Assembly (NCBI RefSeq): GCF_006345805.1
Contig: NW_021831734.1
Span: forward strand, 1-34,363
Length of the DNA: 34,363 nucleotides
Direction of reading: 5' to 3'
From: Octopus sinensis
Lineage: Eukaryota
Shown here: positions 23,165 through 33,869 of the stretch, piece after piece
Layout: every line of letters starts with the position of its first letter
How positions within the stretch are numbered: the first letter of the stretch is position 1
Position numbers and translations under genes: made by a program
The notes under the pieces: model-generated
Seen by the model: only the letters and a program-made list of their open reading frames with translations
Database searches by the model: none
What the model was told of the DNA's origin: nothing

Positions 23165-24920
23165 AGCAGGCCCGGACCGAGGAAAACAAAATCTTATTTG
23201 TTACAGGTCTACCTGACCTCAATCAGTTCTTTCTGATTTATGACCTCCGCAGCTACCTGCAAAGGCCAACTTGGACAGTCTATACAGGTCGTGTCATATC
23301 GCTTTCGGTTTAGAAGACTGTCCAAGTATAACTCAACAAGCTTTCCCTTGAGATAGAAAATGACAACCTCTTCCTCATAGAGATAAGTCTCAACCTCCTC
23401 TGTCAGGCACACTTCCCACCGGAGGAACATCGGGTTCGGTCGGGGGCACAGCGACATCCGCCGACCGGCTACCGCTTCTCTTGTTTCTCTTTTTCTTCTT
23501 CTTTCGGTTGCGGGATTCAGAGCCTCCGTCGGCACACCAGAAGGGTCCTCCTTTTCTCCCACAATCTGCACGTCTCCTGGTGACCAACGGTGGTTGCTCA
23601 CCTTTCTCTTCCTTCTCGTTGAGGTCGACTACTCAACTACTTCCTCCATTTCTCCCTGCAATGAGAGCGGAGGGCAACTTCCCCTTTTCCTGCACCGGAG
23701 CCTTACCACAACCCCGGGGAAGTCCTTCTTGAATTAGCCTGACCCCCGGCACGAGTGACACTTGGTGGGGGGGGGGCAACCCTCCAGAATCACTGGAATC
23801 CTGGAGCCAGCCATCCTTAAAATGTCGGGGAAGGTCATTTTGCCTGCGGCTACTGGGGTCCACAGAGTCAAAGTTGCTTTTGCACCCTCCCAGTTGACCA
23901 CAGGCGTCACTCTTACATTTAAGAGACTGGGCCCGCTATTCCCTAGGCCCCGTCGGACGGTATCTTTTATCCAGCCCGCCTCTATGCCCAGGGGTAGCCC
24001 ACATACCCAGGCTCTTATCACTTTCCTCCCGCAGTACGACGGGAGGAGCAAAATTTCCTTTCCCTCCAAAGGCTGACTTGCAAAATTGCAAGGCTCCTCC
24101 GTGGTGTCAAACAGCAACCACACCATTGCATGCCTGACACCCCAGGATATATATTTCACTGGGGACAAATATTCTTTTAGTTCTTTTTCTATGGCTTGTT
24201 TTATGAAGACGGTGATGGTATCAAGAACTCTAGAGTAAGTTCTAACCACCACTGTCCTCTCCTCCATATATTTTAACCACTGCCTGGGTGGGACATCTCC
24301 CACTCCAAAGCAGTGGTCTTATTTTTTTATCATTATCACAGTTCAAACAAGGAAAAAGTCCCTCAACCAAAAACAGCAAAAAATCTTTAAACACAATAAA
24401 AATAAAGACACAGTTCAACTAAAATTGGAAGAAAATAAAATACTATTCCAACTAAAATTCTTCTGCAAAAGGAAAGAAAAGACATCAGTTCAGAAAAATA
24501 AATATTGTACAATTCTCCACGGCAGAAAATACAATTTTCGAGCTACACGGTACTCCCAGCTCACTTACAGCCTTCAAATCTCTTGATAATCCTTCTGGTA
24601 AAGTACTTCCAACGTTTCTAGGTTCAAAACCATGCACAACTTGCAAGCATCAATTTATTCCTAAATAACTGTAGTGAAAATATTCACATAGAAGTTCTTC
24701 ACTTGCTTGTTAAAAGCACAATCTCAACACCGCCAAGTGTAAGCAAAAATGCCCCAGAGCTTAGCAGAATATACTGTAATAAAAATAAAACACGCAATAA
24801 TTCTACCCAGCTCAGAAAAAACAAAACCGCTTACCTTGACGGCGACCTTTTTCCACAAAGACAGCTACACGTCTTCCTTGTTCACTGCAGCAAGTCACTG
24901 ACAAACACACATGCGTGAAC
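23165..24920 (-). mobile_element. Second L1/Tx1-like ORF1 element inserted in a family A SINE; 3' end deleted
   Basis: ORF 24303-23734 (KYISWGVRHAMVWLLFDT...IRAWVCGLP...KCHSCRGSG*FKKDFP, decayed knuckle), poly-Lys tract and WPLQVAAEVI, homologous throughout to 18665-20206. Confidence 0.8.
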
Positions 24921-24960
24921 GGTCAGCAAGTTACTTACCACACAGCCACTCCTACACCTA
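24921..24960 (-). mobile_element. Family A SINE head, interrupted by the 23165-24920 element
   Basis: Minus strand taggtgtaggagtggctgtgtggtaagtaacttgctgacc. Confidence 0.88.
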
Positions 24961-25274
24961 CTCCCTGTCTCATCTACTCCACGTTGCGGAGTAGATGAAA
25001 CAGGGACAACTGAAGAAGGGATATATTCCTTGTGTTGTATGTCTTGTACTGTTTATTTTTTCGTTGTTTGAAAAAAGTTCGTTTCTATGTTTTTGTTTTA
25101 ATGTTTTCGTTTCTCATTGTGTTCAATGTTATTTTTTTGTGTCCTGTACCCATATGTGCATGTATATATACATATATATGTAGGTATGTACATATATGTA
25201 TGTATATATGCTTATATTTATATATTATTATATTATTATATGATCGAACACCACGCATCCTTTTCCAAGTAAGT

Positions 25275-25362
<88 letters not shown>

Positions 25363-25872
25363 TTTATATACATATACATACACACACACACACACATATA
25401 TATATATACATTAGAAGAGATACGGTACTCAGAAATCTGGATGGTTTTATATCTACAGATATTTATTAATGTCACATATTTTTCTAAATCATATATATCA
25501 TACATTAGCGATTGCGTTCACTCTAGTGGAGTCGTCAGATTCTACATACACGCACACACACGCACACATATATCAAAGCTGCAAAACTATCCCAAACAGT
25601 GTCACTCAGAGTTTCACGCTCTCTTTCGTGAGACAGTTGTGACGAAAACTTTTCGTTAGAAGTATCCAATGAATGAGAACGTGAAACTCTGAGTAATAGT
25701 TGATGATAATGGTGGTGCCCCAGTATGGCCTCAGCTTTCGGGTTGAAACGTATGAAAGAATATGTATGTTATTATATTATATTATTTTATATTATATCAT
25801 ATATAATATATACTATATTCTCCACCTTGTTTTGCATTATGTGATAACTTGTGTGTGTGTATATATATATAT

Positions 25873-25910
<38 letters not shown>

Positions 25911-26094
25911 AGACAGAGCAATGTGATACCATAAAGGAAAAATTCAATCCTCACTAAGTGTAACTTAGGATGCTGGAGTACCCACATTGCTAGAAATAAG
26001 TGTTAAATTAGCTTCAAATCTGTAAGAGGAACGCATAGAGTATACACCCATACTGACAAAGGAAGTAACCGCCCCACTACCACTTCGAGTATCA

Positions 26095-26142
26095 CTCAGA
26101 CAAGATCTAGTTTCGTCTATGACTGTAGACATCGTTAGTAAG
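26095..26142 (-). ncRNA. Degenerate type I hammerhead ribozyme
   Basis: ctta-CTAACGA-t-gtcta-cagtca-tagac-GAAAC-tagatctt-GTC-tgag. The stems are intact but core G5 is A, so it is probably inactive. Confidence 0.6.
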
Positions 26143-26449
26143 GACCACTCGAACAGTACATGATCGGCTAGTTCCCTTTGCCAGCATATACGTATTTACC
26201 ATAAATATATAGATACGTATAAAATATAATATAATATGATATAATATATATTCTTTTATGCGCTTCAACGAAAAAGCTGTTGCCATGCTGGGGCGCCGCC
26301 ACTGCCATTAACTTTTCAATGGCTATTCCTATATGGTTGGCTTTTGGTGAAGGAGGGAGTTTGATATTGTTGCCCTACGTTAGAAGCAGTGATACACACA
26401 CATATATATATATATGTATATATATGTATATGTACGCATATATAAATAA

Positions 26450-26527
<78 letters not shown>

Positions 26528-26534
26528 GTACATG

Positions 26535-26709
26535 TAAAAAGGACTGAGTCCACTCTGGAGAATGTTTGGTGTTAGGAAGGGCATCCACCCATAAAATCCT
26601 TGCCAAGATAGACACAGTAACCTAGGGTGGTTTTTCTACCTGGCCGGCTGTCAACCGTCCTACCCATGCATGCATGCATGGAAGATGAACGTTAAACGAC
26701 GATGATGAT
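26535..26709 (+). mobile_element. SINE-like 3' fragment with (GAT)n tail
   Basis: ttggtgttaggaagggcatcc...gtcaaccgtcctacccatgc...gttaaacgacgatgatgat; recognised as an interspersed-repeat motif. Confidence 0.55.
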
Positions 26710-26722
26710 TATATATATATAT

Positions 26723-26754
<32 letters not shown>

Positions 26755-26949
26755 ATGTTCGTTCAGAGTTATCCGGTCCTCTTACCAATTCCACAGACGA
26801 AAAATACCAACAAATATAAAGCCTAAAATAGATTTTTTTCTCATATTGATTTTTTTTGTCCTCTTGATAACATGCATTTTTTTCCCAAAATACTACATTA
26901 ATTTACGTCATTAATCTAATTGGATTAATCTTACAATCAGCATATTTAC

Positions 26950-26980
26950 CTGTTTTTTTTTCTTCAGTACTTGCGGCCAT
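26950..26980 (-). CDS. Candidate first coding segment (MAASTEEKKT + G) within a 60-nt exon at 27009-26950
   Basis: Strong acceptor cacttttctgtttctttttAG| and donor CAG|GTAAAT. An in-frame upstream TAA is followed by ATGG at 26980. The segment ends in phase 1, matching the exon at 12080. Confidence 0.45.
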
Positions 26981-27114
26981 ACAGTCTTCTTAGATTTTTG
27001 TACGTTGAACTAAAAAGAAACAGAAAAGTGACATTAACCATGACCTTCGCCATAAAAAGTATGCACCCACACCTGCAAAATTTCACTTGTGTAAAATTGT
27101 GGACTGCCAGCTGG

Positions 27115-27270
27115 TACATACATACATATATACATACGTGCATACATGCATACATACGTACATACATAGATACATACATACATACATACATACATACATA
27201 CATACTACATACATACATACATACATACATGCATACATACATACATACATACATACATACATACACACAC

Positions 27271-27301
<31 letters not shown>

Positions 27302-27360
27302 TACATACATACATACATACACACATACATACATACATGCATACATACATACATACATAT
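27115..27360. repeat. (CATA)n/(CA)n compound microsatellite
   Basis: Direct observation. Confidence 0.97.
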
Positions 27361-27819
27361 AAATATATTAACTAAATTTGGTTGAAATTTATGGGTGAAC
27401 GTTTGACCCAATCAGATGCGCAAGGAGCATTGATTTGTGGGTTCGATCCTGGCTGGGGTTAGCTCATCATCTTTCAGCCATTTGTTTGTATTTAAAAACT
27501 GTCGCTTCAAATCGGAGAATAAAATATTATGATATATTATTATATATGTTTGTATTTATAAAGGTAGATAGATAAGTTTACTTTTTAAGGCATATGGGAT
27601 TTGATTTGAGGGAAATGTGGCTGCTGTTTCTACTTAGCGGAGCAACTGCATACTGTCTTTCTCATTGTTGTCGCTGTTGTCGTTGCTACTGAGTAGGCTG
27701 ACGACACAGACACAACAAACACAGCTAACATATTCAATGTCACTGTATGTCATAGACACCACAGTTACCGATGACTCTTCAGAGACTAACTTCACACATA
27801 ATATATACACAACAGTTCA

Positions 27820-29045
27820 TTAAACAAATTTTTCTAGCTTCTCAGTAAGCCACAAATACAGGAAGCTTTTTAACAGACTTTCGATTAAAATATACACTGC
27901 TGACCGAATATAAAGAACACTATTAGTCGTAAGTATCACCAAAAGCCCACTCCTAGTTGTAACTTTTGAGACCCTGAAGTTTGCCAACTTGACCAGGCGT
28001 GTGTGATAAACTTTGTCGTCTATGAGGTAGAAGGCATAGCGACGACTCAAGATGGCCTAATCGAAAAGAAAAACTACATCGGGTTATGCGAAGGGGATTT
28101 CAAAAGACCACCTATCTTCTCTCCGGCACATCGATAAAATTAAAGCCTAGTGGCTTTAATTTGAGTCTGGAGTCTGAAGACCAATTGCACATTACATACA
28201 ATCAAGTGGAGAATCTTATAGAAATCCATGCCATGTGTTAATGGATGTAAGAAATGCAACTTATGCGTAACTGAAAGATACGATATTCTTTTTAGATCTA
28301 AGAATTCTACAGCACTGTTGAATGCGTGATCCGAAATTTTCTGCAATTGCAAGCATATTGGCAAATTTCTTTTGGTGAACTCAAGAACACCACCCAATCT
28401 GGATTAAGTTGCTGTCTCGTAGACTTTGGACACCTCTCTGTTGAATTATCTACAAAAACTAGCTTAATTATAGCTTTGTGGTGAAAGAGGGGATAACTCT
28501 AATTGTGCTACTCTTTTCTTTTTCCGTTTCTATTCACTCTTCCACATTTTGTATCTACTTTCTTCTCGTTGCTTTTCTCGTGATTTCTCTTGTACCAGCA
28601 TCTTGGTTTGCAAATTTCTCAGAGCCTGCAGATTGCTTGGAGACACAAGGCGTGTTATAAAAACCTACCTACACCCACATTTCTGAAGTAAAAATAGTAG
28701 TAGCTCGTCTCTTTATACCGTATACACTATATGGTATTTACCTGTTACTGGATGGAGTGCTGTTTTTGCTGAACTTAGCTAAACGGTACAGTAAATTGTA
28801 TACCAATTACATGTGGTTGTCAACTGCACATTCAGTCTACATGTTTGGCGTGAAAGCTACATTAAATTGAGTGATTCTAGAGATTCTACCAATTTACTCA
28901 CCATTACAGAGTTATACCACACGAATTTCTCTGCTAGGAATGTACCTACACCACTGAATAACCTATCTCCCAGGATATTTCTCGAGAAAGTTAAAGACTT
29001 CGTGGGTCGGATGAGAAGGAAGGCAATATTCTTTGATACTACCCT
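27820..29045 (+). mobile_element. Decayed Penelope-like element (Naiad/Chlamys-like): EN C-terminus, non-coding segment, then ORF N-terminus
   Basis: HKYRKLFNRLSIKI, CQLDQACVINFVVYEV, NYIGLCEGDFK (YIG 28075-28083), IKWRIL, CKKCNLCVTERY, LLNA*SEIFCNCKHIGKFLL (to about 28383). At 28924-29040, NFSARNVPTP...FLEKVKDFVGRMRRKAIFFD matches the N-terminal YS-KNIP...RMRWKA-FF pattern of these PLEs. Confidence 0.82.
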
Positions 29046-29099
29046 ATACCCCAGTGCCACAGGGTGCTATGTTTCAAAGACACGTAAATGCACATATAC

Positions 29100-29143
<44 letters not shown>

Positions 29144-29210
29144 GGAACGACTTATATATATATATATATATAATACATACACATATACATATTTATGTGC
29201 ATGTATATAT

Positions 29211-29254
<44 letters not shown>

Positions 29255-29594
29255 CATACATATATGTATGTATATATGTATGTATGTGTCTTTGTGTGTT
29301 GTATGTGCGTGTGCTTGTGAGTGCCTACACCTGTCTATGTTTGCACATAGATGCATAGATAGTAATAGTTTTCTTCTCCCTCTCACAAACACAAATACTT
29401 GGCCAAATATCTGTATCCGTAAGTCGTTCCATTTCTCTCTCTCTCTCCCTTTATCTATGTATATGTGTATATGTATGTGTGTATACGTATGCAATTCATA
29501 GGTGTCGACATATATCCACACATATATAAATAGGTATTACATACACTGGCTCTTTTTATTTGTTCTCTCTCTTTTTAACACATATTTGTGTCTA

Positions 29595-29642
<48 letters not shown>

Positions 29643-30079
29643 TTTTTGTGTTTTAATGTGTGTGTATATATGCATATGCATCCTCACGTAAACGAGTAAA
29701 TTTCAAAACTGTTTTCCATTATTCAGTTAATCAATATATCCAGTCGCAACGTGCTAACATCCCATCATCCACTACCACCAGAACCACACCAGCACCACAA
29801 TGAACAGCAACTACAACGATAAGAATAACAATATCAACAACGACGACGACGACGACGACGACGGTGGCGACGACAACAACACTCCAAAACATCGTCTCCG
29901 TCATCTCCACAGGCAAATGATAATTGTAATTCTATTTTCTGAAATCACATTTTCGAATCGTTCGCTCATCATGGAAATATATTGTCATTTCAGCATATTA
30001 CTATCGACACGTCATTTCGAATTGCTTGAACGTCACGTGCAATTTAATAAATAACCGCCAGCCAGTTAAATGATAAACC

Positions 30080-30119
<40 letters not shown>

Positions 30120-30129
30120 TGTATATATA

Positions 30130-30165
<36 letters not shown>

Positions 30166-30941
30166 TATTTATGACTGTCTATGTATGTGTATAAATGCGA
30201 GTATATATATATATATGTATACATATCATTATACACACACACACACATATATATATATATAACGATATGTATACATATATATATATATATATATTATATA
30301 CATATATACGTTTATGTATGTATGTATACACACATACATACATATAATATATATATATTTTACATATATGTTTATATATGCATATATATATACATATGTA
30401 TATACTCAATTATAGAAATACAGGAATATATGCATATATGCAGAGTGTTTTGTGTATATACATATACATATATATATATATATATATATAGCACCAGGTG
30501 GTGCTATTAAGTTATCATGGCCTGGGCCAATAATGGCCGAAACCTATCAAAGTATCAAGTATCAAAGTATATATATATATATATATAATTATATATATTA
30601 AGTATGTAGAAAAATACAAGGACAAGAACGTATAACTCTTAGAAGACGATACAATAAACATGGACAGGACATTCGAACCCCTCAGTCTTCAGTCAAGAAC
30701 CGGATCATCGTAGTAATTTCGGCTGATTAATCTTGAGATTACTAGATCACGGCCAGCCCTCCAAGAAAAACTAAGCAACGAGCATTAGAAATATATATAT
30801 ATATATGTGCATGTGTGCCTGTGCGTGTGTGTTCACTTGCATATATGTATGCGTGCGTGTACATAAATATGCAGTTTGTAATTATACTGATCATGATGAT
30901 GACAATAATAACAAATGATAACAACAGCAGCAACAATAAAA

Positions 30942-31562
30942 ATGGTTTTAAATTTTGGCACAAGGCCAGCAGTCTCAAGTGGTTTGGGCTAAGTGGATTA
31001 CATCGACCCTAGTACTAGATAGACACTTGTGTTATCGACCCTGAAGGGGATGAAAGGCAAAGTCGACTTTGGCGGAATTTGAACTCAGAATGTAAAGACG
31101 AAAGTAAATGCCGCTAAGCATTTCGCCCGGCGCGGTAACGTTTTTGCCAGCTCACCCACTTAATAATAATGATAATCCTTTCTACTAAAGGCACTAAGAC
31201 TGAAATTTGGGGGTAGGGGGCTGGTCGATTATATCGACCCCAGTACTCAACTGCTATTCAAAGTCGACCTTGGAGGAATTTGAACTCAGAACGTATCGGT
31301 AGACAAAATACCACTATGCATTTCACCCAGCGTGCAAACGATTCTGCCAGCTCACCGCCTTGATGGTTTCAAACTTTGTCACGAAGGCAGCATTTGGAGA
31401 GAGGGATGAGTCGATTATATCAATTGTTACTTATTTTATCGAACCCAGAAGGATGAAAGGCAAAATCGACTTGAGTGGAATTGAACTCAAAACGGAGCGA
31501 CGGGCGAAATACCGCTAATCATTTCGTCCAACACGCTAACAATTCTGCCAGCTCGCCGCCTT
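30942..31562 (-). mobile_element. Three head-to-tail family B SINEs (about 30942-31161, 31174-31361, 31362-31562)
   Basis: Three copies of gtcgac...ggaat(t)tgaactca...tgccagctc, with differing tails. Confidence 0.9.
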
Positions 31563-31579
31563 AATAATAATAATTATAA

Positions 31580-32127
31580 ATTCCCTGATGCAGTACTAGA
31601 CAGTGGCTCTCATGGCTTCTGATCTTAACTGATTGGAAGTGTTATCATGTACATTGTTTTGTTTTGGTATAAGAGATGGGCTACAGCAAATATTCTGCCC
31701 AATACCACAGATTTGCTTGTCAGCTGTTTGACCTTAACCAGTGGAGCATGTGCCTTAGTGGCTGACGATATGTGCATCTCTGATCACGAGCAGTGGTGGA
31801 GCATCATAGCCGTGTGTTGAAAGGAATTCTTAGAGGTTTGGATAATTCACCTTTGGAAACATAGATGGTTCGTTCAACATCCTTAAACAACCCTTATTCA
31901 GGGACCTTTTGAGTGGGATGGGTTACTCGACCAGAAAAAAATTCTAACTGGGCCCCACCTGCAAGGTCATGCACCGTTTATCTTGATATGAGATCACCAT
32001 GCCGCGCACATGGTTGTGATGCATGTGCCTGGTGTACTCTTATCACACGGGTATTCATGATGGGTATACTGGGCTTCGTATATTTTACCCCAGTGTCACT
32101 TTGATGGCATGCACTACTCTCTCACTC

Positions 32128-32193
<66 letters not shown>
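31580..32193 (+). mobile_element. Probable 5'-truncated non-LTR retroelement 3' UTR ending in an (AAT)n tail
   Basis: About 545 bp of non-coding complex sequence ending ctctctcactc(aat)n (32128-32193) and preceded by a short taataataataa tract. Confidence 0.55.
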
Positions 32194-32348
32194 CGTTACT
32201 TTATTGGCTAGAAGGGCTGACCACAAAACAATGTTTCTATACAAAATGTAGCAATGTGCTTGATATAGTTGGAAATATATAAGATTATATTGAAACGTGC
32301 GATAATTGTGTATAAACGAAGCAACATATAAAAACAAGCTAGTTGCAC

Positions 32349-32409
<61 letters not shown>

Positions 32410-32426
32410 GATCGATCGATCGATCG

Positions 32427-32475
<49 letters not shown>

Positions 32476-32544
32476 CTATCTATCTATCTATATATATATA
32501 TATATTATATATATATACACCCACATATATATGTATATATATGC

Positions 32545-32580
<36 letters not shown>

Positions 32581-32804
32581 CATAAATATAAAAATAGAAA
32601 TAATACATTTCTAAATATCTCAGAGAGATTTATGCAGTAACGGTACGATAAAGTAGTTGTATACTGTCAACTTAATGTGACAGTCCCTTGAAGGGATTCA
32701 TACTACTGCTATTTAGCCCTAGGAAGCAGCAAGGCTTCCTGTCGGCCTTGGCACATTTCCTGTGTCCTAATGTTTGCAAGGAGGAGATAAGCTAACCCTG
32801 CAAT

Positions 32805-32843
32805 CAGAGACTAGTTTCTGAGTCTTTGCTCGTCAACAGTCTG
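32805..32843 (-). ncRNA. Minimal hammerhead ribozyme with A6U core change
   Basis: caga-CTGTTGA-c-gag-caaaga-ctc-a-GAAAC-TA-GTC-tctg; palindromic ACTAGT. Confidence 0.65.
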
Positions 32844-33120
32844 GAGTAGCATGGCCTGCTAGTTGGAGATGCCTATCTAGCCTTTGCAAACATATAAGAA
32901 TTCTAGTAAAATATATTCACTGATTCCAAAAATATTAATAATACATTTCTAAATCTTTCAGAGAGATTTATGCAGTAGTAATACGATAAAGTAGTTGTAT
33001 ACTGTCAACTTAATGTGATCCTCCCATGAAGGGAATAATACTACTGCTATTTAGCCATAGGAAGCAGCAACGCTTCCTGTCGGCCTTGACGCATTTCCTG
33101 TGTCCTTATGTTTGCTACTC

Positions 33121-33159
33121 AAGGCTGATGACAAGCAAAGACTCAGAAACTAGTCTCTG
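33121..33159 (+). ncRNA. Minimal hammerhead ribozyme with canonical core and weakened stems
   Basis: aagg-CTGATGA-c-aag-caaaga-ctc-a-GAAAC-TA-GTC-tctg. Confidence 0.65.
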
Positions 33160-33235
33160 AAAGCAGGCTTAGCTGGATGGGGGTGCTTATCTCCCCCTTG
33201 CAAACATGTTTCTTTATATACGCATTCAACCGACG

Positions 33236-33624
33236 TTTTATCTTTTATTTTTTTACGTGTTTCTGACATTTGACTAAGGTCATGCTGGGGTACCACCATG
33301 AAGGATTTTAGTCGAAAAAGTCGATCCCCAGGACTTACATTTTTTAAAACCTGCTACTTATTCTATAGGGCTCTTTTGCCAAACTGCCAAGTTAGAGTGA
33401 CGTAATCACACCAACAATGCTTGTTAAGCGATGGTAGGGGACAAACACAGACACAAAGACATATAGATATATACATATACATATATACGATGGGCTTCTT
33501 TCAGTTTCCACCGATCAAATCCATATAGTAGGAGACACTTGCCCTAGGTGATACGCAGTGGCACTGAACCCAGAATCATGTGGTTGGGAAGCAAGCTTCT
33601 TACCACATAGCCACGTCTGCACCT
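33236..33624 (-). mobile_element. tRNA-derived SINE, family A
   Basis: Collinear with 10966-11363. Confidence 0.9.
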
Positions 33625-33740
33625 ATGTGACACGCTTGTGCCTATATGCTATGCCTGCGCCTATGAGCCACGCCTGTGCGTATGAGCCATGCATGTGCCT
33701 ATGATCCACGTCTGCGCCTATGAGCCACGCCTGCGTCTAT
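33606..33740. repeat. 19-bp minisatellite (about 7 units, consensus atgagccacgcctgcgcct) derived from the SINE 5' end
   Basis: Units are in register, and the first unit is the SINE terminus itself. Confidence 0.88.
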
Positions 33741-33869
33741 AATAATACGAAATCGATACGATTTCTTGCAGTAAAGTATTATATTCGATAAGATCAAATG
33801 AATGAAACCAATGACGGAGAGCTAAGTGGGTGGGGATACAGATAAGTCTGCCAGGTCAAGAAGAAGTTT

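Larger units (their letters stand above)
32598..33208. mobile_element. PLE-type pLTR partial tandem with inverted segment
   Basis: About 32600-32777 is repeated at about 32938-33115. 33114-33208 is an inverted copy of about 32770-32850. It contains two hammerhead copies on opposite strands. Confidence 0.75.

Noticed and set aside
23165-24960. Second SINE-embedded element as an inverted segmental duplicate of the first
   Set aside because: The outer flanks are unrelated and the inserts are far more diverged than the SINE heads. Independent insertion fits better, though this is not proven.
28327-28329. In-frame TGA in the PLE endonuclease as a possible selenocysteine codon
   Set aside because: It falls at the conserved Arg of LLN-RSE, so CGA-to-TGA decay is more likely, and the copy has other stops and frameshifts.
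33606-33740. CRISPR-like regular repeats
   Set aside because: The units are contiguous with no unique spacers, they derive from a SINE end, and the context is eukaryotic with no cas genes.
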